A DNA stretch of 64,000 nt. Origin: a virus. The notes below the pieces were generated by a model, which saw only the letters and a program-made list of their open reading frames with translations, was not told the DNA's origin and did no database searches. This document shows positions 17,995 to 26,756 of the stretch, in pieces. The stretch covers positions 64,001 through 128,000 of IMG/VR virus record IMGVR_UViG_3300025141_013434; one strand, given 5' to 3'. The position numbers and the translations under genes were made by a program. Every line of letters begins with the position of its first letter. The stretch's first letter is position 1.

Positions 17995-18924
17995 TTAAAA
18001 ATTTAAGTACTGATATAAGTAGTCAGTATTGTCAACAACAGTCGCCTCTTTCTGCAGTTTTAAGAAAGTCTCTTTTGGCATGTCTCCGACGTCCAAGTAA
18101 GAACCCAAACTTATCTTTCTTACTTCTACATCGTAATCCATCAAATTCTTAACTATCTTTCTTTCTTTGTGTTCTGCATCAGAATCTAAAGCTATATAAA
18201 CCTCTTTGCGACACTTTACAATCTTTCTGAATAATTTTGAGTTTACTCCCAGGCTTGAACCCAAGATAGGAATTGCGTTTTCCGCCCTCATTGCGTCAAA
18301 GACCCCCTCGACCAAAACAACCGGCTCGTCCCAATCAATGTATAAATCGTTGAAAACCACATCGCGACTTACAGGTGGATTTTTATATTTCGGAAAATGA
18401 CCTGCATAAGATCTAGCTATAAAATAATTTAAATCTCCATTCTCATCAAAAGAAGGTATACAAATCCTTTTTGCATAATCTCCAGCATCGCAATATCCTA
18501 TTTTCCATTTCAAGATGTCCTCCCTATCTATACCCCTGCCCTTTAAATAAGACAAGGCATGTCGAGCGCCGAAGGATCCTGTCTTGCCGGTCAGCGTTTT
18601 AAAGGATTCCGGTAAATGAACTATTGACTTTTCCTCTTTTTGAACCTCTGTTGAGAAGATATCTTCGAATCGAGCAAGGTCGACCACTTCTTCGAAAGAA
18701 GCCCACTTAGAATATTCAGAATATGGGGCGTATCGTTTTACCAGTGCAGAAATGTCTATACCTGAGTATCCACAAATCCAGCACTTAAAAACATTTTTAT
18801 CAACATTTACAGATAATTTACGTTTAGAGTGTTCGCACTTCGGGCATTTGAATAAATACTCTTCACCCGTCTTAAAAAATCTTCCAAAAGACCTTTCTAA
18901 GATTTCAACTTTTTCTCTTTCCAT
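17995..18924 (-). CDS. DNA primase (DnaG-type)
   Basis: Zn finger CPKC...CWIC, 'ALSYLKGRGI', 'KYKNP', Toprim 'VEGVFD' and 'LDSD'. Confidence 0.92.
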   Translation of the reverse strand: MEREKVEILERSFGRFFKTGEEYLFKCPKCEHSKRKLSVNVDKNVFKCWICGYSGIDISALVKRYAPYSEYSKWASFEEVVDLARFEDIFSTEVQKEEKSIVHLPESFKTLTGKTGSFGARHALSYLKGRGIDREDILKWKIGYCDAGDYAKRICIPSFDENGDLNYFIARSYAGHFPKYKNPPVSRDVVFNDLYIDWDEPVVLVEGVFDAMRAENAIPILGSSLGVNSKLFRKIVKCRKEVYIALDSDAEHKERKIVKNLMDYDVEVRKISLGSYLDVGDMPKETFLKLQKEATVVDNTDYLYQYLNF

Positions 18925-19436
18925 TTTAAGAAGCCAGCTTTCGCTATGACCCAGCTGTCGGCTCTATCAAAAGCTCCGGGGCGTGGGTTTCCATGTTTTG
19001 TATATTCTACAACGAAACCGGGTAAAATGTCAAGTACATGTTTCAAAACTTCTTCTTTTGCTTTCGAACCCCTTGGAACCTTTATTTCACAAGCCTTTCT
19101 GGCGGAGGGGGCTGATATGTATTCTGGCTTTATTCCCAAGGATTTAAAACAAATCCAAGATACAATTCCATTAAATCTAGATAAAGTGGATAAAGTCTGC
19201 GCAGACGAAAAGCCGGATCGAAAAGACTGAAGTGATTGTTCTATATAAACCTCTTTTATTTGAAACTTGTGCGACAAGGCAAATATTTGCAATCTTATAA
19301 AATCCGCCTTTTCAAAAAGGTCTTTAAACTTGTTTGCGTTCCTGGTATCCCAACTTTTACAAAAAACTACTTCGCCTTTTTCGTTTAGTATTGTGGCACC
19401 GGTTATGCTCGTCGAAACATCTAATCCCAATATCAT
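18897..19436 (-). CDS. ruvC: RuvC-like Holliday junction resolvase
   Basis: 'ILGLDVS', 'VYIEQ', 'DRADS' acidic catalytic residues; ATG at 19436 overlaps the upstream TGA. Confidence 0.88.
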   Translation of the reverse strand: MILGLDVSTSITGATILNEKGEVVFCKSWDTRNANKFKDLFEKADFIRLQIFALSHKFQIKEVYIEQSLQSFRSGFSSAQTLSTLSRFNGIVSWICFKSLGIKPEYISAPSARKACEIKVPRGSKAKEEVLKHVLDILPGFVVEYTKHGNPRPGAFDRADSWVIAKAGFLKWKEKKLKS

Positions 19437-20050
19437 TTGCACGTCTCATAAATAAATTGAATATATCTCACCATTAGTATTTCTTTCACCTTATCATCTG
19501 CATTATACCATTCCCAAGAGGCTGTAGACTTCATTCCTTTTAATTCTTTTTTTAGTGTTTCTATTTCTTCGTTTAAGATTTCAATTTGGCTATCATCAGG
19601 CGGTGGCAGTTCAACTTTTAGTTTTTCCGAAATCTCGTACAGATCGCTCAAGTTCTTTTTATCCGCGGCTTCTTGAGCTACTTTAAATAATTCCTCTTTC
19701 TCTTTTCTCTCGTTGTCAGTCATTTCGACAAGCTTATCTGGATGGATTTCTTTTGCTATATTTCTGAATATCTTTCTTACTGTACTAGAAGGTGGTTGAA
19801 TTTCTTTTATTTCTTCTTTTTGAACTTCCTCTGCTCTCTTTTTCGAATTGTCTATCATCCCCTTCTTTGTAATATCCTCAAAAACCTTCCTATCTTCTTT
19901 TGAAAGGTTGTTTTTAATAAAATTATTAAAAGCCGAAGCAAAATGGGCTGAAGCAGCTGATGCTAGATCTCTATTTATTTCTAATTTTGCTTTTAAGAAC
20001 TTTAATTCTAAAAGCCGAAGATCGAACTCTTGCTTTGTCACGGAGGGCAT
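19433..20050 (-). CDS. J-domain-containing protein
   Basis: 'VRKIFRNIAKEIHPDKL...EELFKVAQEA' is the J-domain helix II-HPD-helix III pattern. Confidence 0.75.
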   Translation of the reverse strand: MPSVTKQEFDLRLLELKFLKAKLEINRDLASAASAHFASAFNNFIKNNLSKEDRKVFEDITKKGMIDNSKKRAEEVQKEEIKEIQPPSSTVRKIFRNIAKEIHPDKLVEMTDNERKEKEELFKVAQEAADKKNLSDLYEISEKLKVELPPPDDSQIEILNEEIETLKKELKGMKSTASWEWYNADDKVKEILMVRYIQFIYETCK

Positions 20051-21330
20051 TAAAAATCCAGTTTGAGCTTGAAAGTGTATTCTCTTTCTTCTGTCTTCCT
20101 CACTGGCTTAGCAAGCTTGGCTATACCGATAAGGTTTCTATCTTTATCATACACCCCTATCTTCGAAATGTAAACCTCTTTTTTATATGATCCTGTGGGA
20201 TCCACATATTGAGAATTGTTAAGATTAACAAACTCCAAATCGTCAAATTCTTTAAAATGTTGACTAGAAGTTTGTGGAGTTTTTGATTGATCGAACCTCG
20301 TTACTGTTGGATTTGTTGAATTATTTAATTTGCCGCGGCCCGCATGAGCCATCATCGTTACAGTTGGGATGTAGTTAACTCCCTGATATTCTAGCACGAA
20401 TGCCGAACCTGTCACTACGCCGGCGGCTGTACCGTCAAAAGCACCTGCGCCAAAGTCCGTCCACTTTGGAGTCGAAAAAGCCCCGCCAGTGTACTTATCT
20501 TGAAAATCTGCGTTTATGTTCCAGCTACCAGTAAGTGCAATAAAACCTTCATTGTACAAGACAACGCCAGCAACTTTGTCATTATAAGCAGTAGAAGACC
20601 CGGCAGTGCCGGATACCTGAATTAATTCGCCGTTCTTCTTCTTGTCCGTAATTTCTGCAGCTAAAGCGCCAGTGATATAAAATTTTAAAGATACTGATCC
20701 TTTTCTTATGGAGGATCCGTAAAATATCGAAGGTATCTCTATGAGATTTAGTAACTGGCGGCCCTTGTCCCAGTTTACATCAGGTGGTGCAGCTTCGACC
20801 GATGAGGAAGAAAACAAATAGTGTTTACTGATATTAGAGTAGCTATTGAAAACGTTCTTTAAAGCTAGAATATTTTTCTTACTATTAGCAACCTGGGTGA
20901 CTTCACCTTGCACAAATCTGTCTGTTATCGATGCCGTTGGTGGGCCGACCGCAAAACGAGTCCTGGTTATACTTGCCGTAAGGGGGTAATTACTTTTTAT
21001 AATATCCCCGTAATTGAACTGATTGGCAGAGTCAAATTCACTGGTACTTATTGTCTTAAATGCTGTACGAGCGCCGTTCTTTGTTACGAATGGAAAGATT
21101 GAACCTGAACCAGGAGGTTCTGATGTGCTTTGGTCAATTACCCTGTCTATATTGAGTTCATATAAACTCAAATATCCCTGTGTAGTTGCAAGCTCGTTAC
21201 TAAGGAGTGATTTGCTAGTCTTTATTCCGTCAATATAAACTTTAGAATCGTATATAAAAAAAGATTTTCTGGGATATGCTTTTACTCTGTTGTAGAACAG
21301 GTCTTCTGAATTGAATTTGTAAAGTGGCAT
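20050..21330 (-). CDS. Virion baseplate/tail protein
   Basis: C-terminal 'ISKIGVYDKDRNLIGIAKL..P.RK...KLKLDF'; paralog of 21346..22686. Confidence 0.7.
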   Translation of the reverse strand: MPLYKFNSEDLFYNRVKAYPRKSFFIYDSKVYIDGIKTSKSLLSNELATTQGYLSLYELNIDRVIDQSTSEPPGSGSIFPFVTKNGARTAFKTISTSEFDSANQFNYGDIIKSNYPLTASITRTRFAVGPPTASITDRFVQGEVTQVANSKKNILALKNVFNSYSNISKHYLFSSSSVEAAPPDVNWDKGRQLLNLIEIPSIFYGSSIRKGSVSLKFYITGALAAEITDKKKNGELIQVSGTAGSSTAYNDKVAGVVLYNEGFIALTGSWNINADFQDKYTGGAFSTPKWTDFGAGAFDGTAAGVVTGSAFVLEYQGVNYIPTVTMMAHAGRGKLNNSTNPTVTRFDQSKTPQTSSQHFKEFDDLEFVNLNNSQYVDPTGSYKKEVYISKIGVYDKDRNLIGIAKLAKPVRKTEEREYTFKLKLDF

Positions 21331-21345
21331 AGCATTTCTTAAATC

Positions 21346-22686
21346 TTAATAGTCTAGTCTAACTCTCAGAGTCAGTTCGTTTGTTGGATCTTTTCTAAGC
21401 GGTTCTGACAACTTCGCGGTTGCCATCAATTCATTGTCCGGAGAATATAAGCCAACTGAAGTTATATAAGATACCGGCATATCGCTTGGGCTGTTCTTTA
21501 CCCTTATCTTACTTTCTGTCAAGTAAGTTGGGTTGGAACTATAATTAAACTCATTGTGATTCGCACGACAGAAATAAACTGTTGAATTAAGTTCTGTCGT
21601 GTTGTTGAAAGAGATCTGCTTAATTCTGCGCCTAAGTGCGCTACAACCAGTTTGAATTGTAGAACCCGTCAACATAGAGTATACATCTGCTTGAGCTAAT
21701 GCTGTGATATCAATACCAGCTGCATCTACAATTTGCTTGTGCATCATGCAGCTTGCTGAATTGAGAATACCTCCAGTAAGAGCATATACAGTTGGGTTTC
21801 CGGCCGCTTTGGCATGGTGGCCTCCGCCGGCGGTAGTAGACGCGGTAACAAAGCGATTTACTGCACCGCCGAAGCCGGGCCCAGTGGTCTGGTCCGTTGG
21901 GGCGGCAGCTTTTGCAAAAACTCTAGCATCCAAAACAACAATGCCAGCCTGATAGAATACCAACCCTATATTTCCTGGTTTGGTCGGATGAAGAGAGCCC
22001 GTTGTCGCGCCATGCGCTATAGCGCCGGATGCTTGCGTAGAAGAAGCTGACAATATTCCATATTCACCGGCGGGAGAGTTGATCCTGTAATCGTTTTGTG
22101 CATTTGTATCTTTTACAGTGATTGTTCGACCAGTATATTTTCGTAAATCACCGCTAGTCTCTGAAGGAGAGTCTGGTGAACCATAGTTCGGCGCAACACC
22201 GAGTTCCATGCTGAAGCTGCCTTTCTTTATTTCATCTTTGACCAAAAGCCTTGCAAAACTGATGAAAAATGCTTCATTGATCTTCCCTCTCTGACTATCC
22301 ACAACATCACCGTCTTGATCAAACGCTCTAACGTTTCCGTGCTGATCGTGACCCATAAGAATCTGAGCCATTTGATTGTATATTGCTATCTTTTCTTCTT
22401 GCTCTGTTCTTGCAACTTCCGCAAGAACACCAGATAGTGCCGACCCTGTACTGAACCCAAGAGTTATATCAAAAATGTGATTTGCGGAAGAACTAAGATA
22501 AGGGTAGTCATATACGCTTTGAAACATTTTGTGAGAATAATTCTTAATGTTCAACTCTGTCGAAAGACTACCGTCTTTGTTGTAAGTCCCGGAAACAAGA
22601 GACCCGGTAATCGGTATTGCCTCGTGCAACAAAGTCTTTGTTGTTACGATGTCACTGTTTAGGAAGGGTTTGAAAGTTGTCGCCAT
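21346..22686 (-). CDS. Virion baseplate/tail protein
   Basis: C-terminal 'ITSVGLYSPDNELMATAKLSEPLRK...RVRLDY'. Confidence 0.7.
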   Translation of the reverse strand: MATTFKPFLNSDIVTTKTLLHEAIPITGSLVSGTYNKDGSLSTELNIKNYSHKMFQSVYDYPYLSSSANHIFDITLGFSTGSALSGVLAEVARTEQEEKIAIYNQMAQILMGHDQHGNVRAFDQDGDVVDSQRGKINEAFFISFARLLVKDEIKKGSFSMELGVAPNYGSPDSPSETSGDLRKYTGRTITVKDTNAQNDYRINSPAGEYGILSASSTQASGAIAHGATTGSLHPTKPGNIGLVFYQAGIVVLDARVFAKAAAPTDQTTGPGFGGAVNRFVTASTTAGGGHHAKAAGNPTVYALTGGILNSASCMMHKQIVDAAGIDITALAQADVYSMLTGSTIQTGCSALRRRIKQISFNNTTELNSTVYFCRANHNEFNYSSNPTYLTESKIRVKNSPSDMPVSYITSVGLYSPDNELMATAKLSEPLRKDPTNELTLRVRLDY

Positions 22687-22701
22687 TTATACAGTCCTTT
22701 T

Positions 22702-23739
22702 TTATGAAGTTCCAGACTTCTTAAGATATCTAATTGGAACATCAATCGATGCCCCCGTTGTTGCTGCCGTTATTCTAATGTACGTGTCTATGTAGAGATA
22801 TGTCTTCGATCCCCGAAAACCCGGGCACGCGCCAGATGTATCTTCGACCGAGGTAGCGCCGGTTGTAGTTTTTGAACTTCCAAGTTTCTCAAATAAGTAA
22901 GTGGAAGTTTGAAGATTGGTGCTTGGTTGTATCTTGAAATTAAGCATTTTTCCTCGGGGTCCACGCATGCGATGCCTAGTATGAGCACCACTGGTGTCGG
23001 TGCCGGTGCCGCGAATGCCGTCGAAGGGGTCGCCAATCAATCCATTATTGGCGGCATTTGCACTCAAATAATAAGAAGCAATTTGATCATCGTCAATAAA
23101 AGAAACAGGTACCTGACTGCCGGCAGGGTCGAGAAGATGACCTAGTCTGTCGTCCATCTCAACAATGAATTGGTTTTCCTGCAAGTCAATCGGGAGATTA
23201 ATCGCCGGAGATATTTGTGTCGTATCTAATCCTGATTCTATCATTATGGAATTGGTAGTTGGGCCCTGGGCCTGAGCCCCTAGCAGAATACCCTTACTTC
23301 TGACGTTTGCATTGATCAGGGATTTTTGGACATCCTCCGTATTCGGATCAACTGTTACAATGTAATATCCGCCGCCTTGCTCATTCGCGCCGGCTGCGGT
23401 GGTTTGACCGGAAGTACCAACGTTCTCCTTCCTGTACCCTCCATTATGAATTTTAAGAACGGGGAGGTGCAGAGCATTAGTTCTTGTGATTGTCATGAGC
23501 TTTGACTTCATCGCAGATGTGTTGTTCGTGAAAGCTTCCAAGATCGGAGTTTTTAAGACCTCCAAATCGTAGTAGGCAGAACCACTTGGATGACTTCTGT
23601 TGAAGAGAGAATAGTCTATCTCATCATCACCAAGGGCAAATTTTGTAATTTTAAAATCGCCGCGGGCCATTCGAAATCGGCCTGTGTCCGTAAGAACTGC
23701 ATCGAGGAGGATATCTCCTGAATTATCAAGAAACGCCAT
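22702..23739 (-). CDS. Virion baseplate/tail protein
   Basis: N-terminal 'LTDTGR..MARGDFKITKFALGDDEIDY', resembling a tail-collar fibre N-terminus. Confidence 0.7.
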   Translation of the reverse strand: MAFLDNSGDILLDAVLTDTGRFRMARGDFKITKFALGDDEIDYSLFNRSHPSGSAYYDLEVLKTPILEAFTNNTSAMKSKLMTITRTNALHLPVLKIHNGGYRKENVGTSGQTTAAGANEQGGGYYIVTVDPNTEDVQKSLINANVRSKGILLGAQAQGPTTNSIMIESGLDTTQISPAINLPIDLQENQFIVEMDDRLGHLLDPAGSQVPVSFIDDDQIASYYLSANAANNGLIGDPFDGIRGTGTDTSGAHTRHRMRGPRGKMLNFKIQPSTNLQTSTYLFEKLGSSKTTTGATSVEDTSGACPGFRGSKTYLYIDTYIRITAATTGASIDVPIRYLKKSGTS

Positions 23740-23769
23740 ATTGTATGCTCCTAGTTTTTTTTACTAGAA

Positions 23770-23777
23770 TAATTAGG
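23770..23777 (-). promoter_or_regulatory. Candidate late promoter CCTAATTA
   Basis: Recurrent motif in an intergenic gap. Confidence 0.5.
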
Positions 23778-23815
23778 ATTCTAATCAAATAAAATTCTAA
23801 TTATTTGTCCATTTA

Positions 23816-26746
23816 TTATCTATCAACTATATTACTATAGTCTTTTGTAAAATTAAAATTTAAATCAATCTGTTTTCCTGTTGATTTAGATGTAATTCTA
23901 ATTTTAAATTGCTTTCCCCACACAGGGTGATCTGAAATTCCAACTGGGCCCGACTTGCCTGGAGCTGATTCCCAACTATTAAAAGACCCGTCTGCTGGTA
24001 AGTCTAGCATCTTCTGAGAAAATGCTGGTTCTATGAGAATGTCCTTCTTGAAGGACAATGTTCTTTTTCTTTCTTCTTTTGGAAAATAGAAAAGATCCGA
24101 CTTCAAATATACCGCATCGAGATCGCTAACTAGCTCAATTTGATATATGTTCGATGGATTAGAAACATGCCCATGGATATCCTCGGTTCTAAATGTGTAC
24201 CAGTATTTTTTATTCGGAACTATTTTATCTATAAATGATCCCGCGGTTGCGTCAGATTCCACTCTGCCTATTTTTGATTGAAAAAACGAACCCCAAGAGG
24301 TTGGCTCTCGGTCTACCCTGAAAACTTCGAATACTTGAGTTGGGTCATCGTTTTTGAATTCTACTGCGGAATTCAATATTTCTTCTCCAAGTTCGGGATC
24401 TGCTCCTTGACTTATGGCTATCAAGCTAAACTGAGACACGTCATCTGGCTCCAACACTACTGGCTTTGCTGCAAAATTCCCAGTCATGCTGTCCATATTG
24501 AACATCAGCCTCTTCTTGTCTCCCTTGAAAGGTATCACATCAACATTCGGAGATATCGGGGGATTATCCATTGTTATAATTTCTTTAGAATATACCGGGT
24601 ACTCCAATATTTTAACTGACGGAGTGTGAATAACTCCCATATAAAAATCCTGGAATCCTCGCTGGGATGCGCCGGTGGGATCCCAAAAATCAACAAGACC
24701 CGGAGAAGACATACAGTCAGAATAGGCGTATACCGTCCCGACAACAACCACCACTTGATAAATTGTGTACCTATACCTCTTTGAGTATTTCACCTGACTA
24801 TCTACCATTTTAATGACTTCTGTTTTATCATTTGTTGCAAGATAGGTTACTTGTATTGTTTCTCCGGTTTCTGCATCTTTCTTTTCGATCTTAAAACCAA
24901 CGACTTCTGAATGTGCTGGCTTTCCTCTCAAAATATCCATGAAAGATCTTTCATTTCTCTTGACGATATTCTTAATTCTTGTCTTCATTAAATTCTTCGT
25001 AAAAAGTAGTCTGAATTTCTCTACCGGGTGGAGATCTCTGCCCTCAACGTTGAACCAATCACGGAACAAGCTTGCAAACCACACTTCTCTGATCTTTGGG
25101 CTGCTAATTCTTGACAGAACTAACTCCTGAACATCTTCTGCGCTTTCGACAACTTGCTCTACTGCATTCCAGTTGTGATTGCGATTGAGACCTTGACGAG
25201 CCAAAATTCCGAAGATATTCTCGATAGCTGATGTATCTTCTCCTTCTCTCAGAGACTGGGCTATTAAAGATTTCTCTACTGAAGTTATTTGAATATCGGT
25301 GTACATCGGAAGAAACGGCCGATCGTTCTCGTAAACGGATCTGAATTCTTCTGAGGAAGGATCGCCATATGAAGATGTGAAAGGAGACCGGCCGGGCAAT
25401 ATACCGAAGACTTCTACGAGATTTTCTTCTGAAATTCTTTCCTCTGCGGTGAGGTGGCCATCTTCGTCTACTCTTATGTGTGCCCCGGGGCGTCGTATAT
25501 AATAATTTGGCAGTTGCCTTTCTTCATAATTCTGTAAAACTACACTTTCGTAAAGATTACTGTAAAAATTATACTTCCCTTTTACAGAAATCGTAGGAGC
25601 GCCTCGAAGCTGATTATCTTCTGTCTCTTTTTCGCTAAAAAGAATAGGAAAATTTGTGGCATAATCGTGAAAATAGTGTCTGCCGGTAAATGGAGGATTA
25701 TACACCGGCGAGTTGACGCCATTGTGTTGTCTTGATACGGGTGATTCGAGCTGCCATGGAACCGGGGTACCATAAAACGGTATAACTGGAAATAAATTTT
25801 CTGAAAAGTTGGACCTTTGAGTACTCCAGTTTTGATGATCGCTCGTGTATGTCTGTAAGCGGCCGTATCGGGCTCTTCGATGTTCGTCTCTCAATTCTCT
25901 CCAATTTTGTTCTATCATTTCACGAGGTGTGCCGTCAGAAAAATCACCATTCTCTTGCAAAGTTGGTCGACCATACAAATAACATGGCCATTGCCATCGC
26001 TGTTCTGGAGTGAAGACATACGGAAAGCGTAACTTTAAAGGCTCATACCTGATCGGGCCTAGGCGTCTTTCGCTGCGAAACGGTGGTCGATCGAGCAAAT
26101 CTTCCTTCTCCCAGAACCTTGTCGGGTTGATTGGACCATCATTGACAGCAAGCTGGCGAAAGCTTTGTTCGGAAACGGATTCGATGTAAGGAGCGCCGGC
26201 GTAGAGTTGGTCGTCCACCTGGGGGCCACGAAAAAGTATAGCTGAGGGATTATGAAAAGAGATGCTGTCCCTTCGATTTGCTTCAACTTGAGCCATGAGA
26301 TTCGGAACAAATGTTTGTATTCCATTTTTCCAAAACTTTCCTGTCACATATCTAAAACTATCTATCATTGTTCGGCCATCGGGGCCCGGGACGTTCGCAG
26401 GAATTCCGGCCGGGTTCAATGGATCAAACTTTGCATTAGAGTAAAGATAGGTCGTTTCATCTGTTGGCTCTCCAGCCAAATTATGTGAATGAAATAGCCA
26501 AACGCTTTTGCCGGCTGCATACTCTTCGTGATGAAGTCCAAACTCTTCCCGGTCTGGAGACACAGAAGAGAGCAAGATCTCTTCTGGTGCGCTCCCAGTT
26601 ATGCCTGTCTCTGAATCCCCACCAGGGCCATTATTATCATCAAGATCGGTATTCTGATCGCCGCCATCACCTTCGAATGGGTCATCATCGCGAGAAACCG
26701 GAGGAGCGAGGCATGGATCTAATATATTGTCATTTTCTTCTGCCAT
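23816..26746 (-). CDS. Large hypothetical virion protein (976 aa)
   Basis: SD GAGGAG; FN3-like beta segments ('DKIVPNKKYWYTFR') in the C-terminal half. Confidence 0.75.
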   Translation of the reverse strand: MAEENDNILDPCLAPPVSRDDDPFEGDGGDQNTDLDDNNGPGGDSETGITGSAPEEILLSSVSPDREEFGLHHEEYAAGKSVWLFHSHNLAGEPTDETTYLYSNAKFDPLNPAGIPANVPGPDGRTMIDSFRYVTGKFWKNGIQTFVPNLMAQVEANRRDSISFHNPSAILFRGPQVDDQLYAGAPYIESVSEQSFRQLAVNDGPINPTRFWEKEDLLDRPPFRSERRLGPIRYEPLKLRFPYVFTPEQRWQWPCYLYGRPTLQENGDFSDGTPREMIEQNWRELRDEHRRARYGRLQTYTSDHQNWSTQRSNFSENLFPVIPFYGTPVPWQLESPVSRQHNGVNSPVYNPPFTGRHYFHDYATNFPILFSEKETEDNQLRGAPTISVKGKYNFYSNLYESVVLQNYEERQLPNYYIRRPGAHIRVDEDGHLTAEERISEENLVEVFGILPGRSPFTSSYGDPSSEEFRSVYENDRPFLPMYTDIQITSVEKSLIAQSLREGEDTSAIENIFGILARQGLNRNHNWNAVEQVVESAEDVQELVLSRISSPKIREVWFASLFRDWFNVEGRDLHPVEKFRLLFTKNLMKTRIKNIVKRNERSFMDILRGKPAHSEVVGFKIEKKDAETGETIQVTYLATNDKTEVIKMVDSQVKYSKRYRYTIYQVVVVVGTVYAYSDCMSSPGLVDFWDPTGASQRGFQDFYMGVIHTPSVKILEYPVYSKEIITMDNPPISPNVDVIPFKGDKKRLMFNMDSMTGNFAAKPVVLEPDDVSQFSLIAISQGADPELGEEILNSAVEFKNDDPTQVFEVFRVDREPTSWGSFFQSKIGRVESDATAGSFIDKIVPNKKYWYTFRTEDIHGHVSNPSNIYQIELVSDLDAVYLKSDLFYFPKEERKRTLSFKKDILIEPAFSQKMLDLPADGSFNSWESAPGKSGPVGISDHPVWGKQFKIRITSKSTGKQIDLNFNFTKDYSNIVDR

Positions 26747-26756
26747 TTATAACTCC

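Noticed and set aside
10927-18924. Inteins, introns or homing endonucleases in TerL, SbcDC or primase
   Set aside because: Lengths are normal, catalytic motifs are contiguous, and no intein terminal motifs are evident
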